Shown here one piece after another: positions 1 to 12,604 of a stretch of DNA of 64,000 bases. The stretch is from Mesotaenium endlicherianum (lineage: Eukaryota): the NCBI GenBank assembly GCA_009602735.1, contig WELA01003606.1, positions 1 through 64,000 on the forward strand, read 5' to 3'. The notes under the pieces were generated by a model. That model did no database searches. It had not been told where the DNA came from and saw only the letters and a list, made by a program, of their open reading frames with translations. The position numbers and the translations under genes are program-made. Position 1 is the first letter of the stretch. Each line of letters starts with the position of its first letter.

Positions 1-488
1 CTGAACTTGGAATGCTCTGAAACTCAAGACTCTGGTAGAACATCTTACAGCGCCCAATTTGAGACTTAGTTTGCAGATTTTGGAAAAGCATAGAAGGACT
101 TATGATTCTCAGAAGTTTCTGCACAGATTTGGAGGAGTGCCTACTCTCTCAGCTCTCAACGACACTCCAGAATGCTCTCAAATTTGGTGACCCGGTAGAG
201 TTCTTCGATGCGGTCCGTGTGGCACTCAAATTTTCAAATTTGGAGCCGTCCTGTGGACGCTATGAGTATTTGAAAATGTGGCAGATTCTGGGTCAACTTG
301 TACAATTTTCTTTATCATCAAGGAGTAGGCTAGCCAATAAGGTCACACCACCCACGACCTTGCCTAGTCTACCTTACATGTGTAGCACCTGACTTGGCGC
401 CATGGACTTATCCTCTTCACATGTGTGGCATCTCACTTGAAGCTGTTGACTAGTCTGCTCCACATGTGTAAGACCTGACTTGACGCGC

Positions 489-1406
489 CGAGACGTCGCT
501 TTTTCTGGCGGGGGGGTGATTGCATATATTTTAATGTTTTCAAATATATTTCGAGTAGCATTGTGTGGATTCAAGTGTGAATAGGTACTCTAGTAACTTG
601 GTTCATGTCCTTTGAACCTTCCAAGGCATTTTCGAAGTTAGAGGAAAGACCTAGAAGAACTCCACGTGGCAAAAGTCAAATGTGCCATTTTTAGGTCATA
701 AGGACATTTGTACATTATTCTAGAAAGAGATGGCAAGTTTTGGGATGTTCTGGGTGCCAACACATCAACATACACCTTCCTAGAAATTACTTATGTAGCA
801 AGTATATAAACAAGAGCTAGTACATAGAAAGACATTCCAGAATCACTCTTGTACTTGCCAAAATCCAGAAATATATTAACTTTCAAGAAGCCATCTCTCT
901 TTCAAGAAGCTACCACTTGTGTTCAAAGATCCTTGTCTTGAATTGATAAAGTATTCTGTTTTACTAAGTACTTTATCTATCTGTTTCACTACACTAGGAC
1001 TTTTCGAAAAGGTCTTGTCACGATGCGTCCGTTGTCGTTTAGTGTGCTTAATTTGGAGTAGTATTGACAGAGTTATGCCCTCTGACATTTCGGGGTCATT
1101 TAGCGAACACATTTCATGGTTCTGTACCTAAGTCACCAGGATGTGTTGTAGCTACTTTATGGTCATCTGAATGAGAGCGCCTTTGCTATCCAGTCCCCTG
1201 GTGTTGTATATGTGCTTATACATGCTTGTATGCCTGGTAGGCAAGAGGCCATGAGTTTCTAAAAGAGAAGCTCTAGTCCTCAAGCTCGCCTCTTTCTTGT
1301 GCCTTGTGTAAGTGTGCAACTATGGCACACTATGGTAAGTGAGTCAAGGGGTATAGATGAGTAAACGGAATTCATTCTAAGGGCGAAGATCGCTCCCTGA
1401 TTTTAC
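489..1406 (+). mobile_element. Probable 3' end (polypurine tract, PPT, plus LTR) of a related, older LTR retroelement; borders approximate
   Basis: GCGCCGAGACGTCGC-tttttct-GGCGGGGGGG-TGATTG at ~485-522 mirrors GCGCCGAGGACGTCGC-atctt-GAGGAGGGGGA-TGATGT before the 3' LTR at 11894. It is followed by a T-rich stretch and a TATATAAA at ~803. The LTR end and TSD are not resolved. Confidence 0.4.
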
Positions 1407-2525
1407 ACGCTTGCACCTATCTCTGATCTTATATATTTAAATGAAATATATTTATCTTAAATAAGCAAGACTCATTTCAGCCACGACTAACAAGTCACTG
1501 CTGACTGGGCTCACTCAGTTCTTCACCGAGGGCTTTCTTGCTACTTCTGCTTTTGCTTTCAGCAATTCAACAATTGAGATTTTTGAGAACTTAGAAACTT
1601 ACACAGAATTCACCATTTTATGTACTCTTCGCACGCTTGTGGTGTTTGGTCCAAAGCTGCGCTAAATTATCCTACCAAATCCATCTGCAAGCTGTCTAAC
1701 ATGGATTTTTTCTTGGGAACTCCTAGCTTCCAACTATCTGTGGTACAAAGAGTGAGAATGGAGGCAAAGATCTTCAGCGTCGGCAGTAGCATGTCGGATT
1801 GAATTCTTGGGACCTTGGGAGCTCCTTTCTCCTTCTCCTTTGCTCCTTTTCTTCTTTCTTCCTTCCTCTCTCTTTCTCCTTCACCCTCTTGCTTCTCTGG
1901 CAAAAAATGTCTGAGGAAAGAGTAAGGGCTGAGTGTGCAAGGCTCGTGCCTATTACAGGCATCACGCAGGTTCTTTCTCTTGAAAGCGTCGTGACTTAGT
2001 CACCAATTAACATGCATGCACAGCTCACAACGATCACCCGTGAACACTTAACTTATGTCGTGTCACTTAGCCTGCATAAAAGCCTCGTGACGATCGCGCG
2101 TGACAATTTAACCTCTCAGTCAGCGTGCACAATTATGTGGTTTCTGAGCCTATGTCTCCTGATGTGGCAGCTCTGTTGTGACAACTTCATCAAGGGGCCG
2201 TGGCTTAGTAGGCCTGCTTTCTCAGCGTGCCTTGACTTGGCAGCCGCTGAGGTGGATGTCTCGTCAGCTCTGCTTGACTTGGTGGACCATTTCCAGGTCC
2301 TAGTGGGGTCAGCCTTGCAGCTGACATGGTGAGGTTGTGCTAAGTGTCGGACTTTAACTTGTCGTAGTCATTCTCACGTATGACTTTGACTTAGACTTCA
2401 ACGCTGACCGATATACATCAGCAATTTGGTCGGTGAGCCAATGCTGACTTTCCGTACCTAGGGCCACGCGTGCTGCGCTGTCCAACTGGTAGCAGTCGCG
2501 AACTAGTCGAGATAGGTAGATTGGT

Positions 2526-3215
2526 CAACCCATACTCCCAGATTCGTTGGGTTTCCTTCGCCACTCTGTCGAAAAACGTGTTCTCGACTCTTCGCTACTC
2601 TGGCGAAGCTTTTTCCGTTATAATGTGAAGTCTTCGGCCGTTTGCCCAAGCACATCGGCTCAGCTTGTGGAAGATCTCGACGGGTGCCGTTTGCCCGTGC
2701 GCCTCGGTTCCAGTTTTCCGTGCGCCTCGAGAAGGGCTCGAGCGTGCGGGGTAAAATTGACCCGCTACCAAAAAGGTCCACCACCATGCGTGGGGCAAGG
2801 GGGATTGAGAGTATTCGGGTACCACCAAAGCAACTTGAAAGCACGGTACACCCTGAACTATTTAGCATTGCTGGAAATTGCTGGATTCAGACCGACGCTC
2901 GCAAGCGTGCGTGTGGGTGCTAGTAAGTGTCTTTCAGCGCACATACGTGCGAGTGTACATGCGGCACCTCAGATTCTTTGGGACTGCACTTTCAACTGAA
3001 AACAGAGTGTATTAGGTAAATGATGGATGTTATCCTATGTAAAGGACGTAATGGCGCGCGTGCGTGAGTGCATGATGCGCATATGTGCGCATGAATCCGT
3101 GCAACGGTGCGTCTACGCATGCAAAGCACGCGAGTGTTTTTGCATAGGTGCAAGCATATATGCTTGAGTGTGTATGCATGGATACGTGTGTGGTGTATGT
3201 AAAAGCGCACTTGCA
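2526..3215 (+). repeat. Left terminal inverted repeat
   Basis: Reverse complement of ~15980-16660, near-identical at the tip and decaying inward. The ORF track shows matching peptides (PFARAPRFQF; RRTVARIHA vs RRIVARIHA). Confidence 0.85.
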
Positions 3216-4709
3216 AAATTAGTGAGTGTGTAGTTGCATATGGAAGCTTGCATGCAAAGATGCGATTTAAGTAATGCTTTTTGCTCCTGTGTTTGTGTAC
3301 ATGTTTAATGCGCACGCTTGAATGAAAACTTGCCAATTGTTTAGAGATGGTTCTTGTATGAAAGAGTGAAAGATTTATACTCGTACTTACATAAAATCTG
3401 CATGATATTGATTTGATTGTGTAAAGACATTTTTAAGAAAAACTTCGGATTTAGAATACGATCAACTAGTCAAACAATATTTGTTGCATATATTCACTTG
3501 CATCTTAGCTCAAGATGTGCACATGTATAGCAAGATCTGCAATGGCAACAATTTACTTGTGGAATACGAGCGTATCGTTACGCCGTCGTCCACGAAATAA
3601 ATGAAATACAACACATCAAAAACAATGATTATATATACATTGAAGTGAACATTGGGGAATACTAATGCTAGAACTTATTGATTTCAAGGCAAAGAATTAC
3701 AATATGCATGTAGCGAGTGACAGCCATGGACCGTCTGACAAGCACGGCGGAAGTCGCGGCGAGTCAAAGTACGGTACGAAACACGTTGACTAAAGAAGAC
3801 CAAGTTACGTCGATCTCCAAAAGCGAGTCAGTCACGCAAGAATCCAGCAGAGGAGCAGAGAGCTCAGTGGCACGAGCGTGAGTCTCGAGCCGAGGTGTCA
3901 TCAAAATTGCATGTGCAGCTTGGAGGGAAACACAAGTATGCACGGAATTGGAGTCCCATTTGCGAAGATAAATGAAAGAAAGAGAAGAAAGAGCGTGAAG
4001 GAGAAGAACGTCATCCTCTTGGCAATCGGGAGCCGGAGAGCCACGCTTTTGCCGAGTGTATTCAAAATTTCATTTTCTTTTGCATTCCAAATTTGTAGAT
4101 AAAACTAGTCCTACGAAGTTTCCTAGGCAAGATTCGACTTCATGAGAGGCTAGATTTGGCATATTCGATTTGTTAGGAGAATTTTGGACAAAAACTAGAA
4201 CATACATCAGAGTGCATGAATAACGTATAAGATGAGTTGTTGGATAGTTTCAAGTACTTATAGGTTCTTTCTGCAAGAAGCAAGTGCTATAATTGAGATC
4301 TCAATGAAGAATTGAGGAGATAGATATGCAATAAAATACTGATAAGCATAACTAAGGGCAGAGAAGCTATGGCCAACCAGCAATAGGTTGTTGTAAATGT
4401 AAAAGTTTGACAAGTTTGTATTTTGTATGAACAATAAAGCGAAAGTTTGAAAAGATAACTATCTTTGAGTCCTGTCAACCCTAGCACAACTTGCAATTCT
4501 TGCATGCAAACTACAGATTGTGAACTCCTCAACATGGGCAAAAAGCGCGCCTAGAAGTTCTTAGTATTGCACTACTTCTGAAAGCATATGATGACTTGGT
4601 TGTAACATGAACGTTGAAAATTGGAAAATGTATGAATTTCATCAGCCGACCCTGAAGAGGGGGCAAGCAAAAGTGAACTGTGTATGGAGTCAAAGAGAGG
4701 TAGTGTAGT

Positions 4710-5212
4710 GACACGAACGAAAAGATAACTCGAGGTACCTTAATTGCGCTCCAATTGGACTTATACAATTCAAACCGACACACTTCGGTCACATTCGGTC
4801 CACGTGACGTGTCGCACGCGCCGCAACCGGCCACGTGGCGGATCGCTACACTCCTCCCACCTACACGTGTGCAAGTCTCGGGCACTTATGCCGCGGCGGC
4901 GCGAGGGACATTGTTTCGGGATAGTGTCCTTTCTTTGTACGATCCAAAGATCGCCATACGGTTGTACCATCGACCACTCTTGCACCCTAAGCATTTACGT
5001 TCTCACTAGGACTTGATCCCTGGTATCCTGGACACAGTTGCGTACGTTCGCGCTTCGATACCATTGTAGCGATACAAACGAAAGGTTAACTCGAGGTACT
5101 TTGATCGCGCGCCAATAGTCTTATACAATTCAAACTGGCACTTTTTGGTCACATTGGGTCGCCCCACGTGACATGTCAAACTCGTCGCAACCGTCCACGT
5201 GTTGGATCGCTA
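4710..5212 (+). repeat. Diverged ~140-bp direct repeat pair (~4710-4848 and ~5071-5212)
   Basis: Both copies share TAACTCGAGGTAC...CTTATACAATTCAAAC...GGTCACATT...CCACGTGAC...GCAACCG.CCACGTG..GGATCGCTA. Confidence 0.75.
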
Positions 5213-7214
5213 TTGGTAGAACATACCATCTTTTGGAGCCTACACAAGGGGACAACACAAAAGTCAAGCAGAGAGTGAGATATTTGAGCTACCTGACGAC
5301 CCGTGGCGAGCGCAGACGTCGGAAGACAAAAGGTCACAAGACTTCTTTCACTGTGAGACCTCTTATAGCAAGCGATATTATGTTTGAGAGTTATACAGAT
5401 GCCAAAATGCTTGGTCTAAAGTTAGAAAGTTTTGGTCGCCAGTCAAGACGATTAGTGATTGAAAGGATGAGAATTCTAAAACCAAAATGTCGCTAAATAG
5501 CTTAAGCAAACAAATTGATAAGAACTCCCTTACTTATGAGAAGTCCTAGTTATGGAATACTTGCGTACCGGTCCAAGAGCATCGGATTATACCACGTAAT
5601 TTCACGTATTTTTAAAGTACCAAAAAAAGTACCAAAAAAACGCGTCTAAGAAACGTGAAAAGAAATCTTTGACAAGTATATAATGCTGATATCATCTCCT
5701 TTTTTCTAGCACTTTCTGCTTGTAGCAAATTGATACCTCTACTACTGGCAATCAAACGCGCTCGAGGTTTTGAAGTAATGTGGAAGTTATGAAGCTTTTT
5801 CTCTTTACTAAAAATCTTGGAAAATAGAAATACGCGCGTATTCTCATCATACACGGATAACTTTAATATGTATTTATTATACTAATACTCCGTATTTGTA
5901 TTCCATCACTAGGTGAAGAGTTTGAGGAGATGTAATGAACATATGTCTTTGAGAGGATCCGGGAAGATGCCTCATACACGCAGCCTGTGTCATTTATAAT
6001 TTGGTTCAGTTATTGACTGATGACGCTTTGTTGCGTATTGACAGTTTCAAAAGGATGAAAACCTCACTTCGGAATAGGCGTTAGAAGAGCAAAAGCGAGC
6101 TATAAATCTAAAATTCAGGAAGAAGTTGTGAAAGTGAAACTAGCTGCTTTGCTGATAAGAGGAGTGGTAAAATCCACCCCTTTTTTTGCGTCATGCATGA
6201 CTGTCTTAACAGGTAGATTGTCTGTGGCGTTAAAGCAATTGGAGGAAATTTGAAAAAAAACACGCGGTCGTCAAAAGTACTTTGAAGCCTTGAAAGGAAG
6301 AGTAGATGGAATTGTTACTAAATTGACAAAGATGCTGTGCGGAGTCCTGTACCTGATTCTTTCATGACCATTTAAATGACTGCTGAATTTAGGCATACAG
6401 GCGCAGCATTGACTGGATACCGAAAGGAGAATAGAAGTTGGGGACGACCAGCTAAGCTCTACCCATTGCTTGCGTTAAGTTTATAAGCTGCTTGAAGCAT
6501 GCTTTCCAAAGAATAGCAATGACAAGGTCCATCAGAATTTCAATATTGCTCGTCGCAATATGCAAAGTATAGCCCGTATATATTACATGTGTGTATATAC
6601 TCTTACGAACTATGCATTTATACGATGCAATAATGCAAACTATAGCTCATATGTATACACGCATGCAGATACTCAAATAAGCTTGCAATATTGTGAAGCA
6701 TCAAGTCATAATTTAGATAAATGCATTCATATATTACTTAATATGCTTGCACGCGATAAAGTGAGTTGGTCACAAATATGTTACAATACACAATTGTGTA
6801 CAAGTTACAAACTAATGCAAAACATTGAGCTATAATGTATACATACACATCACTACGCTCTTTGTTACTTGCCACATGACAAACCAACATATGGTACATC
6901 CTTAATGTACCATATACACAAGCAATCAAGACCACCAAAATTGTAACGATATTTAGTAATCTAATAAAAGCCAAATATGTGGATTGTTTCAATATGGCCA
7001 GATAAAACTGTAGGCGAATAGCAATTCGGAATGATGGGAGATGGTTGTGGGCTTGGTTAGCAAATGTCGTGCCAACAAGTCTAACTCTTGGCAAGGTGGT
7101 GCCATCGCATTGTTGTTGAATTGTAAACTCATTCCACATATACATGCTAGAGCAGCTAATCGAGTTCGACATTTGAAAATGAGGCCAACTCTCTGTATAA
7201 TTTTACTGTGAAAA

Positions 7215-7928
7215 GGTGTACGAGCTGCACCACTTCAACCACAGCGAGGGAGAGACGATTTGTATGATGCACCGCCACTTGGCCCACCTATGCAAAGATT
7301 TGGGTATCGTCATTGACCGTGAGGCCGCGGAGATCTTCCTACAAGCTATCAAGCAACACCTGAGAGGGGGCTATTGCACCTCTCATTGATCGCACAAGCG
7401 TTGACTACACGTTGGCTAACGCCTACAAAGCAGTGAAGAACATAGTCTCGCGGCCGCATGTAGCAACATTAGTGACAGGGTTGGATTGGCGTCCACTGGC
7501 GTGCACCAGAAGGTTTTGTCGCTCCCGTCTTTGTCTGCACGCCTCACGCTGGCTCACCAGCAACTGCAGCAGGCGCGAAGCCTGCTGTGCAAACCTCGAT
7601 GCAGAAGCGCAGCGTCCCGCGTGACTGCATCTCCATGTCCACCACCACGTAGGATAACCGTTGCTGGGCTTGCGATACGATAGGACATTCTTGCCGGGAC
7701 TGCACCATTGCGCAAAATGATGATCCGAGCAATAGCAAGTACTGCGGCAAGGTCGGGTTTTCGGGGGTCGTGCGTCGGCAGAATAAGGGCAACCTCGAGA
7801 ACGAGTAGACCCGCGAAGGTTCAACACCGGCTTGGGGCCAGCGCATGCAGGCGGCATCGCCTGGATGCAGTTGCCCGCCGCACTAACAAGTGGCAAATAT
7901 GCTTTAGCTACAATGCAATCAGCAACGC
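7215..7928 (+). pseudogene. Decayed retrotransposon gag relic, continuing at 12610 after the LTR insertion
   Basis: Reads YELHHFNHSEGETICMMHRHLAHLCKDLGIVIDREAAEIFLQAIKQHLRG, then after a frameshift IAPLIDRTSVDYTLANAYKAV; this resembles the gag capsid region. Joining across the insertion gives CFSYNAISNALVAS, which fits degenerate CX2CX4HX4C spacing. Confidence 0.45.
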
Positions 7929-8639
7929 TGTAAGGTTATGAAAGTGTAGTTTGTTTCTTTCTAGTATTTTATATGCATAGAGTGTGATTTTAGAAGAACT
8001 TTGGCCTTTATTTCAAGTCATTTGGACAAGTATTGAGATAGTTATGAATTTTGGAAGTTTTTAGTGAGTTTTTAATGTCACAGATTCTATTTAGTGACAA
8101 GGACAGGTCCAGTGACGAAAATTTCGGTTGGAGTCCAGAAAGTAGGACATTGAAACATGAGGGTTCCAGAAAGTACGTACAAATACGTAGAGTGCCAAAG
8201 TGATCGTGGAATTTCTAGAAACTCCGTGAGGAGTTAGTGGATTGTGTAGTAGAATATTCTAGAGTGTGATTGTGTGCGTGTGAGTGTGCTAGCTTGTCCA
8301 ACTAGGCAAGGTCAAGTACATGGAAGGAGCCATAGGAGAAGGTTCTGGAGGTACCTTGCTAGAGAGGACACTTAGAGTTAAAGGATAAATGGGAAGCACA
8401 AGGAAGTAGAGGGGGCTTATTCTAGTCTAACCTTCTTATCTTGTACACGACTTTTCTAATAAAGTGAGTTCTTTTCCACTCCTCTCTCATGTAGCCCTCT
8501 AACTCTTGCAAGAGTGGCATACCACCAGGCCACTCCACCTTGTGTATGCAACTAGGAAAGGTCCTCGTGCACGCTTCCACTCGCGGGTGAGGGTGCGTGA
8601 GTGTGTATGGGCGCACTCCCCGCACCCTTCCCCCTTTCA
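7929..8639 (+). repeat. 5' LTR of copy 1
   Basis: TG...CA ends; direct repeat of 11894-12604. Confidence 0.97.
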
Positions 8640-8641
8640 CA

Positions 8642-8653
8642 TGGTATCGGAGC
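8642..8653 (+). promoter_or_regulatory. Primer-binding site for initiator tRNA-Met
   Basis: TGGTATCGGAGC lies 2 nt after the LTR and has one A>G change from the common plant PBS TGGTATCAGAGC. Confidence 0.9.
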
Positions 8654-11600
8654 TACCTAGTTGCTTCATTTGGAGGAGGGAGCTTTGGTTGGTGATGCTT
8701 GTAGGAGTGTAGAGAGGGTAGAGAGGAGAAGCAAGGATGATTTATAAGTTGCTAAGGGCAGCCATGAAGACGTTGATGCAAGCTAGCATCTCACTCTCTT
8801 GAAGGAGGGAGGAGATGGAAGAGGGAGGTGCTCCAAGAAGTGTCAACTTGGATGCAACCAGATTGTTGTACGTCTTCTTTGTAGTATGAGAAGGTTGCCC
8901 AAGCATGGTAGTGATATAAGTAATATAGAGCAGCCTTTGCTTGAGTATGGAGACATACGAGCATGAAGAGAATCTGGAGTTCACACGGCTGGATTCTTCC
9001 TTGAAGATGCAAGCTCTTTAGTGTTAAGCTCTTTCTTTGACGAGGGGGCTTAGCATAGAGGTGATAGTGGCTAGAAAGGAGTGTGTGCCCATCTTTATTT
9101 CAAATCTTCAATGAAGGTGGAGCAGATTTTAAGGGTAGGCAACCAGGGACTTAGCAAGCATGTGTACTTGCAAGTCTAGGAGCTTTGGCGGGCATAGCAC
9201 TCGCAAGCTCAAGAGGAGCTCATGAGGAGCTCAAGAGAGGGTGCACCGGGGTGTTGCACCAAGTTGGCCAAGTATGTGGCCAGATTTGGGTTGCCTTGCA
9301 TCACTCCTATGTAGCCACTGGTTATTTGAGGCCAGCCATGATGGAGCTTGGTACCTTGTATGGAGATAGAAGAAGCCTCAAGTGAAGAGAAGCACCGTGG
9401 AGAAGGCTTGGAGCAAGAAGAAGAAGTATTCGAGATTTTTCTTCAAAGAGGAGAGATGGAGATGGAGCCTTTCAAGTTCAGATTTCTCTTTTCTTATGGA
9501 GGAGAGTACTACGGAGTATATGGAGTTGAGAACTATGATGAAGACAAGCCTATGGTGTGGAAGAAGAAGCAAGGTATGAAGTTGGTGCAAGAGGGCTAGT
9601 GCAAGAGATGTCTCCCACTTGAAGCGTGTGTGCCATTAGTTGTGTGATGGCATAGTTAAGGGGCAGATTTTGGTGCATCTATGGAAGCTCTTCATGTGAA
9701 AGTAGAGCACCAAGGCAAGCTGGGTTTAGTAGTAAGAAGTGTCATTGGGGTGACCAAGGCTAGAGTGCACTCAAGAAGCTAAGCATGTGGAAGGAGTTGC
9801 ACAAAGAGAGTAGCCTATCCTCTAGTGCTTTAGTGCACGGGTCAAGTGAAGACCGAGGAGGAGTATGGTCAAGTGAGGATAGTGAAATAGGTGGAGGTAG
9901 ATATGACCACAAGTAGCTATCTTCAGCCCGCTAGCAAAGAAGCGACGCGGGAAGGTGAAGGTGAAGGAGAAGCGCTTGTTTTGGTGACCTTGGCCCGGTC
10001 ATCACACGGAGCAAGCGTGCCTCCTAACAACCTTGGCGAATGTACATCGCCGGTGGAGCAAGTAGAGGTGTATGATCCCCTTGCTCATATATAGAGCAGA
10101 CCCCAACTGCTCAAGTGGAGGAGCTCCTAGAAAGTGAGCTCAAGAGAAGCCCGCTTGCAAGACGACGTGTGTGCGTGCACAAGATGAGGTGCAAGCACTA
10201 AGAGTATGTGCGTATGCCCAAGTTATGGAGCTCTTGGAGGCGTTCCAGATGTGTTTCTTGGAGCCTTGTGTGAAGGCTGACCTTCAAGAAGAGCCAGAGG
10301 TATGTGGGAGTGAGCATCTAGCCAAGGAGAAGACTATGATGGAGTTTGGTGCACCACGAGCGAGACTACGCGCTCATGCCTTGTGAAGATTACTATCGTC
10401 GCTTGATGGAGACTACGACTTTATGGATATGGACCTATGAGGAGGAGACCAAGTGTTATGGGGCTGATATGTCCTGCCTAAGATGGAGATATATGACAAA
10501 GACCTGGACATGAAGCTAGGAGAATCAGCGCCTATACAAGCAAGCACGAGAGAGGCGTAAAATCTGGACTTGGACACTCGAGTGGTAAGCGCCTTACCTT
10601 CATGATGAGGGGGGGGAGTGTTATAGTTGTTTATAGTGCTTGTAAGCAAGGTCAAACCAGTCCCATGAGTTCAGTTGTAACTAAGAGATGTGAAGTGGAA
10701 AGAAGTTTGAGAGCAAGAGCTTGGAAGATACTCAAATCTGTCTATGTTTGAGGGTTTTACGGGTAGGCGAGCGCGAGGTTTAAAGTTGGCAGATTTTGGC
10801 TACTTTTTGCCTACTTAGGAGAGAGTGGGTAATATTTTCACTAGAAGTCCTACATGATGTGAGAGGCCTAGTATGAGGCCTTCCTTGAGTCATAGTCAAG
10901 TTTCAGAATTAGGGGTTTAAGCATGTGCCATTTGTAGGCGCGGGAGCTTTATCCATGTTGCGCGCGTCTGCGTCCTACGAGCGTGAGGCACAAAGTGACG
11001 ATCTCATTTGAGTGTTAGACTTTGATTCAGACTCTGAAATTTTGTGGAGAGGTAGTCCTATGGGTTGAGATTCAGAAAAAGTAATTTTTTTTATAAAAAT
11101 ATTAATTTAAGTCCTGACAGTGCCACATGGCGGTCTGCTGGACTGCCGTGCGAGCCACATGTGTGAGGCAAGGCGCAATCTGGTATCATGGTCTTAGGCT
11201 TGGAATCAGGAGAAACAAAGCATACCAGTGAGTTCAAAGGGGAGATATTATGTAGATTACACAACTTTCAGGCTAAAAATGTCAAAAAAAGTCAGGGGGG
11301 TGCCACTTGGCGTCTTGAGAGGTCACCACGAGTCACGCACACGAGTGAGAGAGTGCAATACCTCTACAAGGAGTATGGCTTAGAGCTAGAGGTAGCTAAG
11401 GGTACCAGAAGGTTCAGGAACATAGTGGACTTAGGTTCATGATGTAATCTGGTCAAAATTATAAGAGCACCACGAGTAAGCCACATGGCGCGACGAGGAG
11501 CTGCCACTTGTCCAAGAGGGCGAAAAATGAGTATTTTGGCGATTTGGCGGACTATTATGCCTTGGATCCAGCTTTGGAGTATGTGGAGTTGATGGAGGGA

Positions 11601-11893
11601 GTATGTTACAGCCCTTATGAAGATGTTGGCCTATTCCAAGACGAAGGAGTTGAAGAGAAGATGCACTTGTGTAAGGAGACGCCATGTGTGGAGACAATGT
11701 ATGCGATGGAGCTTTCACTAAGTGGAGCAAGTTTGGAGTAATGAGTATCAACCTGGAGCCTGTTCAAGACCTGCAACTTGTATAATATATGTGAATATGT
11801 GTTTTTCTAGCGTATATGTGAGCTCGATTCCTCATATTACGTCACTTATGCTTAGTATGCGCCGAGGACGTCGCATCTTGAGGAGGGGGATGA

Positions 11894-12604
11894 TGTAAGG
11901 TTATGAAAGTGTAGTTTGTTTCTTTCTAGTATTTTATATGCATAGAGTGTGATTTTAGAAGAACTTTGGCCTTTATTTCAAGTCATTTGGACAAGTATTG
12001 AGATAGTTATGAATTTTGGAAGTTTTTAGTGAGTTTTTAATGTCACAGATTCTATTTAGTGACAAGGACAGGTCCAGTGACGAAAATTTCGGTTGGAGTC
12101 CAGAAAGTAGGACATTGAAACATGAGGGTTCCAGAAAGTACGTACAATTACGTAGAGTGCCAAAGTGATCGTGGAATTTCTAGAAACTCCGTGAGGAGTT
12201 AGTGGATTGTGTAGTAGAATATTCTAGAGTGTGATTGTGTGCGTGTGAGTGTGCTAGCTTGTCCAACTAGGCAAGGTCAAGTACATGGAAGGAGCCATAG
12301 GAGAAGGTTCTGGAGGTACCTTGCTAGAGAGGACACTTAGAGTTAAAGGATAAATGGGAAGCACAAGGAAGTAGAGGGGGCTTATTCTAGTCTAACCTTC
12401 TTATCTTGTACACGACTTTTCTAATAAAGTGAGTTCTTTTCCACTCCTCTCTCATGTAGCCCTCTAACTCTTGCAAGAGTGGCATACCACCAGGCCACTC
12501 CACCTTGTGTATGCAACTAGGAAAGGTCCTTGTGCACGCTTCCACTCGCGGGTGAGGGTGCGTGAGTGTGTATGGGCGCACTCCCCGCACCCTTCCCCCT
12601 TTCA
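11894..12604 (+). repeat. 3' LTR of copy 1
   Basis: Preceded by the PPT, followed by TSD AACGC. Confidence 0.97.

Larger units (their letters stand above)
7929..12604 (+). mobile_element. Complete non-autonomous LTR retrotransposon, copy 1 (4676 bp; Ty3/gypsy-like cis signals; LARD-like)
   Basis: 711-bp LTRs TGTAAGG...CCCTTTCA at 7929-8639 and 11894-12604. TSD AACGC at 7924-7928 and 12605-12609. Primer-binding site (PBS) TGGTATCGGAGC at 8642-8653. PPT GAGGAGGGGGA at 11880-11890. No long internal ORF. Confidence 0.97.

Noticed and set aside
4653..5534. Possible reverse-orientation solo LTR (TGAAGAGGGGGC...CCCTTACT)
   Set aside because: Termini are imperfect and no TSD was found.
8422..11751. 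Short ORFs repeated near-identically at 60439-63769
   Set aside because: The identity reflects recent transposition. Indels between the copies shift the frames and no domain is recognisable, so they are not called as genes.
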